Shown in pieces: positions 55,576-64,000 of a DNA stretch of 64,000 bases (position 1 is its first letter; every line of letters begins with the position of its first letter). The stretch comes from Gammaproteobacteria bacterium (GTDB lineage Bacteria > Pseudomonadota > Gammaproteobacteria > Ga0077536). The position numbers and the translations under genes were made by a program. The notes under the pieces are model-generated. The model worked only from the letters and a program-made list of their open reading frames with translations. It had not been told where the DNA came from and ran no database searches. The DNA lies in NCBI GenBank assembly GCA_963662545.2, contig CAXXLL010000003.1:1-64000 (forward strand), in the 5' to 3' direction.

Positions 55576-55608
55576 GCCGGTGGGGCTAAAATCCCACCGG
55601 CATTTTTT
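55576..55608 (+). terminator. Rho-independent terminator after nrdB
   Basis: GCCGGTGGG / CCCACCGGC stem followed by a T-run. Confidence 0.8.
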
Positions 55609-55637
55609 ATCTATCTAATCTTCCCTAGCATTTATTC

Positions 55638-55704
55638 ATTCGCCCGCAAGCGAGGCTCCTAAGGCGCCGCGGTTTCGGATCCCCGGCGCGATAGCGGGCG
55701 AATA
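55638..55704. repeat. Degenerate REP pair, same family as 34389
   Basis: ATTCGCCCGCAAGCGAGGCTCCTA ... GCGGGCGAAT. Confidence 0.55.
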
Positions 55705-55722
55705 TTTCAGCCCACGTCGTCG

Positions 55723-56352
55723 CTACGTGTCAACGCGGGCACCGAAAAGTTGTCCGCTGCGAACTGCGTCGTTAAATTCGACGTGTTGACACTTCGATAC
55801 GAGCATCGTTGGGAGCGGGTAGCGCGCCAGGAGTCGGGGAAAAAAATCATCTATCAATCCTTGCAGCGACATTTGCACCGCGGTGCCGTTGGTCAGCAGC
55901 GAGGCATCGACGGACTTGACCAGAAGCAAGGCATCGGCCTGTATACGATGAGCAACGTGAAGCGCGATACTGTCCGAAGTCACTTCCCAGGTTTCGGGTA
56001 GGCCGTCGATGGTCATCCCTGGAGGAGGTGTCCAGATCGCCGTATAGCGCTTTCCGGTCCCTCCTGCTATTTCAGCTAAATCTGAACTCAAGCAGGGGGC
56101 CTGCAAAAGCGCCTGCAACACCTGCGCATTCATTCGCATGGCCTCGATCGCAAGCGCATGCGCTACACGGTCATCAAATTCCCATGTCGCTTGGAGCGCC
56201 CTCACCTGATCGGCGAAACCACCCCCTCCCGGCACCATCACGCATCGGACTTCACCGTTTTGTTCGGCGCAGGCGCTCAACCATTGACGCAGGTCCGGCG
56301 CCCGCATCATGGCGCCGCCGAGCTTAACGACCCATGTTTTCGATTTCGGCAT
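55723..56352 (-). CDS. Amino-acid-kinase-fold protein of H4MPT/methanofuran clusters (Orf21/MfnE-like)
   Basis: VVKLGG, VPGGGGFADQVR, WEVTSDSIA, LLVKS; gene context. Confidence 0.8.
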   Translation of the reverse strand: MPKSKTWVVKLGGAMMRAPDLRQWLSACAEQNGEVRCVMVPGGGGFADQVRALQATWEFDDRVAHALAIEAMRMNAQVLQALLQAPCLSSDLAEIAGGTGKRYTAIWTPPPGMTIDGLPETWEVTSDSIALHVAHRIQADALLLVKSVDASLLTNGTAVQMSLQGLIDDFFPRLLARYPLPTMLVSKCQHVEFNDAVRSGQLFGARVDT

Positions 56353-57731
56353 CAGCAAAGAGGTTCAACATGGCTGCCGCTTTGTCCAGACTTTCCTGGT
56401 ATTCGCCGTCCAATTCGGAATCGATGACAATACCGCCGCCGGCCCAGCAGTAAAGCTTCTCGCGATGGTGGAGCAACGTTCGAATGGCAATGTTCGTATC
56501 CATTTGCCCATCGTGAGAAACGTACCCGATAGCGCCACAATAGATGCCGCGCCGCGTGGGCTCGAGCTCTTCGATGATCTCCATACGCGCGTAATTTCGG
56601 CGCACCGGTTATCGAGCCCCCAGGGAAGCAGCCGCGTAGAACGTCGAGGGCATGTAAGCCATCTTGCCGCCGCCCGCGTACCGTACTGACCAGGTGATGA
56701 ACCCGAGCGAATGATTCTACCGCGAACAATTCCGGTACTTCGATAGTGCCGAACACGCAGATTGTACCCATATCGTTGCGTAATAAATCGACGATCATCA
56801 GATTTTCGGCGCGATCTTTCGCGCTTTGGGATAACTCGACCGCCAGCCTGCGATCGTCCACAGGATTGCACGATCGCGGTCGTGTCCCCTTGATCGGTTT
56901 CGTTTCGACTTCGTCGCCGGTGACCCGGAGAAACCGTTCCGGCGACGAGCTCAATACCGCGGCACCGGGAATCTTCAAAAAGGCGGCGTAGGGCGCGGCA
57001 TTCAAATTTCTCAATCTCAGATAGGCATCCCACGGGTCGCCTTCGGCCAATGCTGAAAAACGCTGTGCGAAATTAACCTGATAACAATCACCGTCTCGAA
57101 TGTAACGCTTGATCCGCCGGAACGCAGCTGCGTACTGCAAGTAGCTCATGTCACGCCGTACGGACGAGGTGACGATAAAGCGAGTCGAGAACGCGGCCGG
57201 CGTCACGGTACGGGGTATTTCGAGCCGAGCGAGGGCGTCGCGAACCTCAGCTTCTTGGAGACCACGATGGATGAACCAGGCACGGCCTTCGTCGTGGTCG
57301 ACAAGCAGGAATCGATCGTAAATCCCGACGGCCATATCGGGGACCTGGATATCACGGACCGCAGTGGCGGGAAGCCGTTCGATACGCCTCGATAGATCGT
57401 AGCCAAAATATCCGATGGCACCCCCGGTGAAGGGAAGTTCGGGGTGTCGGGTTTCACGGCCCAGTCGGTCCCTCACCAAGCCGAAGGGATCTGCCGCCGA
57501 TTCAGACAAACGGCCGTTCTCGAAGATCCGCGTGACCTCACCCTCAGTGACGAAGGTGGTGACGGGGTCCCACGCGACGATGTCATAGCGTCCCGCCGTG
57601 TCGCAAAAGCGGCAGCTGTCGAGCAGAACAAACCATGGATGTTGAGAAAGACGGTGCACGCGGGCGGCCGTATCGTGCCAGTACGCGACCGGTACTGCGC
57701 GGGGCTCAGAAAGCGTCAATTCGTCATCCAC
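56324..57731 (-). pseudogene. pabB: Aminodeoxychorismate synthase component I, frameshifted
   Basis: GDCYQVN, SSSPERFL, KPIKGT, ENLMIVDLLRND, GSITGAPK. An extra base at 56585 moves MEIIEELE..RGIYCGAIG..GGGIV.DS out of frame. Confidence 0.85.
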
Positions 57732-58765
57732 GCCAATTTAGCCACCGCGACGGCCGGCGCGGCGATGGAAACGTCTTCGGCGAGCTCCGAAGCGGCCCCA
57801 ATCAACGCATCGAAGCTCTGGTAGGAAGCGCCGGTCGAGCGCGCAAGCTGCTGCACGAGGAAACGCCCGACGCCTGCGCCGACCATAAGCCGGCTGTGCA
57901 CGCGAGTCGGTTCTCGGCTCACAGCCAAACTGACGGAGTGATCGACCAGATTGCGCTGAGTGCGCGCGATGAACTCGGCGACTTTGACAATCTCCGAAAG
58001 ATCACCTGCCTCGTGGTCCCAACCGAGCATACGCGCAAGCCTCCTCGCACTCGAGATCAGGTCCTTTCCCCGATTATCGGCGGTGTGCATGAGATCATGT
58101 CGATCTTCGATCTGGCCCAGGAGTCGATATACGTCGCTCATGGTGGCAAAGTGCTCGGCTGCCAGGTGTTGCCAATGTCCGCGGAACGGCACGGCGCGGC
58201 AAACGGCGATCACGGGCGTGCGCACCACCCCGGTGTACACGAGTTCTTCACAGGCGAGTCGCGATGCATCGTTCCTCCCTGCGCATTGAACTTCAGCATT
58301 GATGATGGGAATGATGTCGGTGGTCGTACTTCCAACATCGACGAGTACACCATCACCAATGAGTTCAGCGGCAAACGCTCCGAGCGCAAGCCAATTGGCC
58401 GATGCTACCGACAGGGTATACGGCCCGGTAGCTTGTTCCGGACTCAACCATCCGTCGTAGCCGCCATAAATTCGGACCGTGGCGGAAGCATTTATATGTG
58501 GTAGCAGGCGCTCGACGATTTGTTTGACACCGGCCGATCGGTCTGCAAACACATCGCACAACTCGCCAGTCATCGTCACCGCATGAACGGCATCCTCGCC
58601 ATCGATGTCGAAATCCAGCAGGGCCACGGCGCGCGACAACTCGCCCACGCCACGCCAGAGCGGGCACGCGATCTGCCGGACCTTGAGAATGTCGCCGTCG
58701 TCATTGAGCTTCGCGATTTTCAAGTGCGCGCCGCCGACATCCCAACCGAAATATTGCTTACTCAT
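57716..58765 (-). CDS. Hydantoinase/oxoprolinase-like H4MPT-linked protein (Orf9/MfnF-like)
   Basis: GWDVGGAHLK, CPLWRG, TMTGELCD, ASANW, DVGSTTTDIIP, YTGVVRTP. Confidence 0.85.
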   Translation of the reverse strand: MSKQYFGWDVGGAHLKIAKLNDDGDILKVRQIACPLWRGVGELSRAVALLDFDIDGEDAVHAVTMTGELCDVFADRSAGVKQIVERLLPHINASATVRIYGGYDGWLSPEQATGPYTLSVASANWLALGAFAAELIGDGVLVDVGSTTTDIIPIINAEVQCAGRNDASRLACEELVYTGVVRTPVIAVCRAVPFRGHWQHLAAEHFATMSDVYRLLGQIEDRHDLMHTADNRGKDLISSARRLARMLGWDHEAGDLSEIVKVAEFIARTQRNLVDHSVSLAVSREPTRVHSRLMVGAGVGRFLVQQLARSTGASYQSFDALIGAASELAEDVSIAAPAVAVAKLAWMTN

Positions 58766-58975
58766 CAGAAAGCAGGTGTAGCTCGAGTCAGTTTCGTGGT
58801 ACAGCCGTCCTGGAACCGGCTCCCGGGCCGTTCGAATTGACCGGTTTCATTTCCATTCTAAATAGGTGTTTCGAATGATGCGACACTTCGTTGTCTCCGC
58901 AGGAGGGCTTGATTCGCCCGATGGGGTGCGATATCGCGCTATGATCGCCTCGCCGACAGATTACTCAATGCCCTG

Positions 58976-59674
58976 ATGGAAATCATTCCCGTTATCGATA
59001 TCAAAGGCGGCGTCGTCGTCCATGCGAAGCGCGGTGAACGCACGAATTATGAACCGATATCCACGCGCTTGTCGGTTTCCCCAGAACCCTTGGATGTGGT
59101 CCAGGGTTTCTTGAATTTTCTTCCGTTCGAGAACATTTACATCGCCGACCTCGACGCCATCACCGGCGATTCGCGTAACGACGACATCATCATCGCTATC
59201 GCCACTGCTTATCCCGAACTCAGGATCTGGCTCGATGCGGGATTTTCCAAGATCGACTCGATGGCTGCGTTCATGCGAACGACGAATATCGATTTCGTCT
59301 TCGCCAGTGAATCGATTCCTTCGATGTCGGGGTTCGAAAAAATGCGCGCACTGCTGGCGCCGGAGCGGGTTGTGCTGTCTCTCGATCGTTCGGACGCTGC
59401 TCTGATCGGCTGCCCGGATATCTTCGAGCAACCGGACGCCTGGCCCGAGCGGATTATTCACATGAACTTGAGCCGGGTCGGCACGGAAAGTGGACCCGAC
59501 TGGGACGGCCTCAAACGTCTGCATGAAACCGCCAGCGAGCATAAGATTTACGCCGCGGGCGGCGTACGCGATGAAAACGATCTCCGCCGGCTTGCGGAAC
59601 TAAGCATTAGCGGCGCACTGGTCGCCACCGCGCTGCATAACGGTGGCATCCGAAGTCTGCGCCTCAGCGGATGA
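58976..59674 (+). CDS. HisA/HisF-related protein of H4MPT clusters (Orf17-like)
   Basis: IIPVIDIKGGVVVHAKRGER.NY.P, YIADLDAI, RVG..SGPD, AAGGVR, ATALHNG. Confidence 0.85.
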   Translation: MEIIPVIDIKGGVVVHAKRGERTNYEPISTRLSVSPEPLDVVQGFLNFLPFENIYIADLDAITGDSRNDDIIIAIATAYPELRIWLDAGFSKIDSMAAFMRTTNIDFVFASESIPSMSGFEKMRALLAPERVVLSLDRSDAALIGCPDIFEQPDAWPERIIHMNLSRVGTESGPDWDGLKRLHETASEHKIYAAGGVRDENDLRRLAELSISGALVATALHNGGIRSLRLSG

Positions 59675-59692
59675 TCTAAGTATCGTGCGCAC

Positions 59693-59718
59693 AAAAAAAC
59701 GCCCCGCTAAGCGGGGCG
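59693..59718 (-). terminator. Rho-independent terminator (fae strand)
   Basis: CGCCCCGC-TAA-GCGGGGCG stem with A7 on the + strand. Confidence 0.8.
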
Positions 59719-59753
59719 CCATTTTCGATCGGCGGGTAAGCCCCACCTAGCAA

Positions 59754-61450
59754 GTGTCCGTCCATAAACAGGCATTTTCTTCGATGGGCACGGAGAAATC
59801 GAGGTGTTGAAAGTAGGTTGTTGGAGCGGTAGCGGCGGTTCGGTGGGGGTCGAAGGGCTCTTCGAGCGTAATTGTGAGTACGTTCGCCGGCCGCAGAGCG
59901 TTGCAACCCAAAGTCGCCCGTTCGACGATATCGAGGAGGTCAGTTAGTGCGAGTGAACGTCGCTATTCGAGTTGATAGCGCGCGAGCAGGCTGAGGTTGT
60001 AGGCGACCACAGAAGACCACACGTAGGCTTCGAAGTGCGGCAGGCTCTTCCAGGTGCAACGTGCCAATCCGTATGCACGCTTCAGGCAGGAGATACCGGC
60101 CTCGATGCCGGCGCGGAAGTTGCGCAAGCGTCGATAGACCCACTGACTCTTGACCATGTCGGCGATCGCGAGCCCGCGCTTCTTGTGGAAGGCAACGTCT
60201 TCGATGCCTTCTGCTTTCGCCGCCCGGAGATTGTCGAGGCTCGCATAGCCGCCATCGGCGGCGACCTGTCGTGGCATCGTCCCGTAGTGTGTTCGATGCC
60301 GTTCGAGCATCGGCATGAAGCGCTGACTATCGACCGGATTGCCTCGCTCGATGACCACGTCGAGGATGAGGCCACTGCGCCCCGAAGCCAGATTGATTTT
60401 GTGTCCGTACTGAACGTCGCGCGCACCCTTTATGATGATGTCGGTATGCGGCTCGAACAAGCTCACGCACTTCTCGCTCGCGGGGACCTTCTCACCGCCG
60501 AACACCCGCCGCTCAGTTTGCGAAATCACCTGCAGAACAAGTGTTTCGTAGTGCGCTACCTGCGCTAGCCAGTCCGGCAGTTCAACGCCGGTGACGCCCG
60601 GGCTCAGCAGCTGCTCACGTACCCTCGCTACCGCTTCCAAGGTTGAACGCGTCGCCCCAATCAAATCGCGATACAGACGTTGGCGTTGCTTCGCACCACG
60701 CGCATACCACAGCGCCCGCGCACGCTTCTTCGCCAATCGAGTGTGGTTCACGAAGCACAACTCCGGCGCGCCAGGCAACTCGCGCGCCTGTGCGAGCAGA
60801 CGAACCACAACACGCACGCCATCCCACAGCAGATGACTGTCGCTCGGCGCGTGGATGGCACTGTCCGTTACCGTGCTATCAATCCGTACACGCTGTGCCG
60901 GCTCAATGCGCGTCTCTTTCGCCGTCGCCAGCAGGGCGCGATGAATAGACTCCCACGTCGATACCTGGATCGCCGAGACCACCCGCTGTAAGGCAGACTT
61001 CTTCGGACGTTCATTACCCGGCAACCGGGCGAAGGCTTGAAAGCTCGCCGAGTCCTGCAGGTGAAAGGCCAGCTCCTCGTAACTCAATTGCCGGTGCTGC
61101 TTGAGCACCGCGCAGCGCAGCACCGACTCCGCCGACAGTCCGCGTCGACCGGTGGGCTTCAAACCCCGCCGACACAGATCGTTCATGACCGGCGTGAGGA
61201 CCTTGGGGTGAGCATCGAGCCACTCGGACATGCCCTGCAGCTCTCGCCCCAGGTCATGGTCAGCAAACAGCTCGTATATACTCGCTTGGGCCGTGCGTTT
61301 CTGACGCATTCCCCCTCCTGTGGTGTCGATGATTGTGTGGAAAATCAGAGGTTTGAAGTTCCATTAGATCACGACCCACCGGAGGTTTCGATCCCTTAAG
61401 CGACAAATTTTCCTTTTTATTTCAACCGCATCGCGTTTAGGGATGCACAC
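59754..61450 (-). mobile_element. ISNCY-type insertion sequence, copy 2 (1697 bp, inverted)
   Basis: Same TIRs as copy 1; at least two substitutions relative to copy 1; flanks TAGCAA / TAGATA are not identical. Confidence 0.9.
59963..61309 (-). CDS. ISNCY-family transposase
   Basis: Protein identical to 45050-46396. Confidence 0.88.
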   Translation of the reverse strand: MRQKRTAQASIYELFADHDLGRELQGMSEWLDAHPKVLTPVMNDLCRRGLKPTGRRGLSAESVLRCAVLKQHRQLSYEELAFHLQDSASFQAFARLPGNERPKKSALQRVVSAIQVSTWESIHRALLATAKETRIEPAQRVRIDSTVTDSAIHAPSDSHLLWDGVRVVVRLLAQARELPGAPELCFVNHTRLAKKRARALWYARGAKQRQRLYRDLIGATRSTLEAVARVREQLLSPGVTGVELPDWLAQVAHYETLVLQVISQTERRVFGGEKVPASEKCVSLFEPHTDIIIKGARDVQYGHKINLASGRSGLILDVVIERGNPVDSQRFMPMLERHRTHYGTMPRQVAADGGYASLDNLRAAKAEGIEDVAFHKKRGLAIADMVKSQWVYRRLRNFRAGIEAGISCLKRAYGLARCTWKSLPHFEAYVWSSVVAYNLSLLARYQLE

Positions 61451-61461
61451 TAGATAGATCG

Positions 61462-61974
61462 TCAGCTATGCGCGGCGAAGGGGTGCTCGGCAGATCCTTT
61501 CTGCGCCACGACATCCGATGCCTTGGGCTCACGGGCGATGGCGCGCTGAATCGATTCCTTCACCGCTTGATAGTTGTAGTCCTGGATCTTGGCGTCATCT
61601 TCGGCCAGCCAATGGATGAAGACACCGACACAAATGAAAATATCGTCGGCTTCTGCTGCGGGAATCGTGCCATCCCCGACGCTGTCGGCAACCGCCATGG
61701 CGACGGCGCGCTGAGCCGGGCCAAACATTTGAACCGCCTGCTTCGAACCCTTGATCGTGACCTTGTTGAACATAACCGTATTGGGCTTGGTCATCAGGTT
61801 CGGTGCGACGACGGCGAGCAGGCTATTAAAACCGTCTTTGTGATTCGTCAAACAATTACAGAATGCGGTTTCGACTGCGCTTCCGCGCGGTCCCATGATC
61901 AAATCGATATGGGCTACCTCATTGCCGTCGCCAACCAGCGATTCACCTGTAAGTACTCGATCAACAACTGCCAT
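61462..61974 (-). CDS. fae: Formaldehyde-activating enzyme (H4MPT-dependent)
   Basis: [43 protein letters not shown]. Confidence 0.96.
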   Translation of the reverse strand: MAVVDRVLTGESLVGDGNEVAHIDLIMGPRGSAVETAFCNCLTNHKDGFNSLLAVVAPNLMTKPNTVMFNKVTIKGSKQAVQMFGPAQRAVAMAVADSVGDGTIPAAEADDIFICVGVFIHWLAEDDAKIQDYNYQAVKESIQRAIAREPKASDVVAQKGSAEHPFAAHS

Positions 61975-62098
61975 GCCTTGTTCTCCTTAGTAGTGCTGCA
62001 GAATCCTCAGGTTGAGTCCCAAAGAGTGCTTTGAAAATGGACATTTCGCCAACACCTCGTCAGCGGTTTGACGCGCCTGTAGCAGGCCCGTTGATACT

Positions 62099-62971
62099 TT
62101 ATTTTTTTTGGAGGCGTTCTTGAAGCAACAGTACGGACACGCTCGCTACGGTTAGATCTGCGCTTGTTCCCGGGTTGACGCCCCTCGATTTAAGCTCGTC
62201 ATCGAACGCGGTGAGTACGGGTCTGAGCCGCCGGGGATTCTCGCACGCTTTCAAGGCCTTTTCCACCTCCCGCGCGCGCCGCCGCACCTCCTCCGCCACG
62301 ACCGATCCGTGCTTTCTAACGACGTGTGAATCCGGATGCAAACTCAGGAAACTCAAGTAACAAGCGCTGCAAGCCCACGCCAAAGAATGCCATCGCGCAC
62401 GGTAGCGAAACAGGTTCGGTAAGCCCGTACAAAAGACGTCCTCGAAATCTGTAACGTATTGGCGAGCGATCGTGTCCCGTGAATGGGCAAGACGCATGAC
62501 CTCCCGCAAATTCGCGTCGGGTTCTCGCGATACATCCTGCTCGGCAACCGCTCCCATCCCCGCCGGTTCAGCTAATTGGATACCGGCGTAACAGCATTTC
62601 GCATCGTCGACCGTCAGATTTTCGAGCACCTCTGCCAGGCTCGCACGAAGATCGTCGCCGCCCCTCTCCAGTACTGCGTTGGCGATTGGCGCGAGTAGAA
62701 GAACGATCCCCAGATTGGTATTGCACTCGACGGCCGCCCGCGTGGCGGCGATCGCAGTCCGAATGCGCTCGCCAACCGTGAGCAAAGGCATCGCCAACGC
62801 CGGTGCAGCCGCTTTCGCGCTGATGAGAAAATCCTGCGCCCGCATACCGTGGCCATCGGCACACAAGCTCACGTTACCGGGCTTAAAGGCCACGACGTCG
62901 AGACGGCACGCCTTCGCGAAGATGGATTCGACACGCTCCGCTAACGAACCGGCGCGGTCTTCGCCTTTCAT
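62099..62971 (-). CDS. CitG-like triphosphoribosyl-dephospho-CoA synthase family protein (Orf7-like)
   Basis: KPGNV, NTNLGIVLL, DSHVVRKHG, NPGTSADL. Confidence 0.85.
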   Translation of the reverse strand: MKGEDRAGSLAERVESIFAKACRLDVVAFKPGNVSLCADGHGMRAQDFLISAKAAAPALAMPLLTVGERIRTAIAATRAAVECNTNLGIVLLLAPIANAVLERGGDDLRASLAEVLENLTVDDAKCCYAGIQLAEPAGMGAVAEQDVSREPDANLREVMRLAHSRDTIARQYVTDFEDVFCTGLPNLFRYRARWHSLAWACSACYLSFLSLHPDSHVVRKHGSVVAEEVRRRAREVEKALKACENPRRLRPVLTAFDDELKSRGVNPGTSADLTVASVSVLLLQERLQKK

Positions 62972-62976
62972 GCTAA

Positions 62977-63138
62977 GGAACCTCTGAATAAGTCATGGTG
63001 CGTCTGAATTGTTCATGCAATCGTGCAGATCAAGGCACGAATCGCAGGTCATAGCGGGGGCTAGGGCTAAGGTTCGTAACGTAAGGCTCCGCGATTTCAT
63101 GGGCAAGGCAGATGGGCCATGACTTATTCAGAGGTTCC
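62977..63138. mobile_element. 162-bp MITE
   Basis: Perfect 22-bp TIR GGAACCTCTGAATAAGTCATGG / CCATGACTTATTCAGAGGTTCC. Confidence 0.8.
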
Positions 63139-63200
63139 CTTGCTTCCTATTCCGATTTACGAAACAGATTTCAATTCGCCCCAAGTAAGGAAATCTCGCA

Positions 63201-64000
63201 TCATTCGGAACGCCTATTCATCACGGCGACACCGCGTCTGAGGCGGGTCAGAAACGCATGACCCAGCATGGCCGTGACGTCGATGCCGGTCGCCCGTTGC
63301 AGCCCCCGCCAGGCGGGAATTCCATTGACCTCAGTCACCAGCCAGCGCCCGTCCACCGCGCGCATGAGATCGACGCCAGCGTAGTCCGCGGACACCGCCG
63401 CCGCAGCATTTTCCGCGAGTTTTACCAGCTTGTCCTGCAATGGTATGGAGCGGCAGTCTGCGCCCTGTGCGCGATTCGTGATCCAGTGATGACTGCGCCT
63501 TTCCATCGCCGCTATAGCCTCGCCATCGACGACCATCACGCGACAATCGCAGTACGGACCGTCACCGATCTCGATGAACTCCTGCAGGTAAGCGACCTCG
63601 CCCGGCAATAGATGAGTCAAGTCGTTCGGCGATTCCACGCGCCGTAAACCCTTGCCCTGTGAGCCGAACAGAGGTTTCTTCACCAAGGTTCGACCGAGCG
63701 AAAGCTGCCGGCGAACGAACTCCATTGCGCTCTCCACGGACTCGCTGACGAAAGTCACCGGTGTCGGGACGTCGTGATGCCGCAGCAGAAGGCTCGTCAT
63801 CGCCTTGTCGACAGTGCGTTCTATGGTCCGCCCGGAATTGAATACCGGAAGCCCGAGCGCGGCAAGCTGATGCAGAAAATCCAGGCGCAATACGATCTCC
63901 TCCAGGGATCCTCCCGGCACACCCCGCACGAAAGCGCCGTCCGGAAGTCGTCCGTCGAAGCCGGGGATCGATAAACCACTGGCCGACGCCTCGAGATCGA
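63201..64000 (-). CDS. RimK-family ATP-grasp ligase of H4MPT clusters (Orf5-like); 5' end beyond the window
   Basis: PDGAFVRGVPGGSLE, IERTVDK, KPLFGSQGKG, YLQEF, YAGVD, EVNGIPAW; frame stays open to the window edge. Confidence 0.85.
   Translation of the reverse strand, partial: DLEASASGLSIPGFDGRLPDGAFVRGVPGGSLEEIVLRLDFLHQLAALGLPVFNSGRTIERTVDKAMTSLLLRHHDVPTPVTFVSESVESAMEFVRRQLSLGRTLVKKPLFGSQGKGLRRVESPNDLTHLLPGEVAYLQEFIEIGDGPYCDCRVMVVDGEAIAAMERRSHHWITNRAQGADCRSIPLQDKLVKLAENAAAAVSADYAGVDLMRAVDGRWLVTEVNGIPAWRGLQRATGIDVTAMLGHAFLTRLRRGVAVMNRRSE

Noticed and set aside
56570-56600. Programmed frameshift in pabB (or cpdA)
   Set aside because: No slippery heptamer or homopolymer at either site; mutation or sequencing error is more likely.

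Overview
GC-rich gammaproteobacterial-type chromosome window with three parts. (1) 1-5972 and 20983-26954 are an apparently identical inverted duplication (enoyl-CoA hydratase, rarA, crcB, DUF190, serS, a small membrane ORF, yccA, a degenerate tRNA copy, tRNA-Ser(TGA)). Both arms end exactly at the tRNA CCA, and the left arm runs off the window edge. (2) Between them is a 15-kb accessory island with no att-type integrase of its own. Catabolic genes (LLM monooxygenase, haloalkane-dehalogenase-like hydrolase, isochorismatase, two SDRs) and gene fragments are separated by a recurring, same-orientation cluster of ~28-bp imperfect palindromes (RTGTCCGCTT-N7-9-AAGCGGACAY type, about 57-60 bp apart). 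An integrase+IS91-type element, two 160-bp MITEs, an ORF-less group II intron remnant and a further IS-end remnant all sit inside these palindromes. This integron-like but non-attC arrangement is the best candidate for an undescribed system. (3) 26971-64000 is mostly housekeeping (lolA-ftsK, aat-bpt-infA, kdsB-lpxK-exbBD-comEC, lolD/lolC-E, tsaB, nrdAB), followed by a tetrahydromethanopterin/methanofuran C1 cluster with fae. This part also holds two inverted ISNCY copies and frameshifts in cpdA and pabB. All calls are by eye from sequence and motifs; no database search was run.
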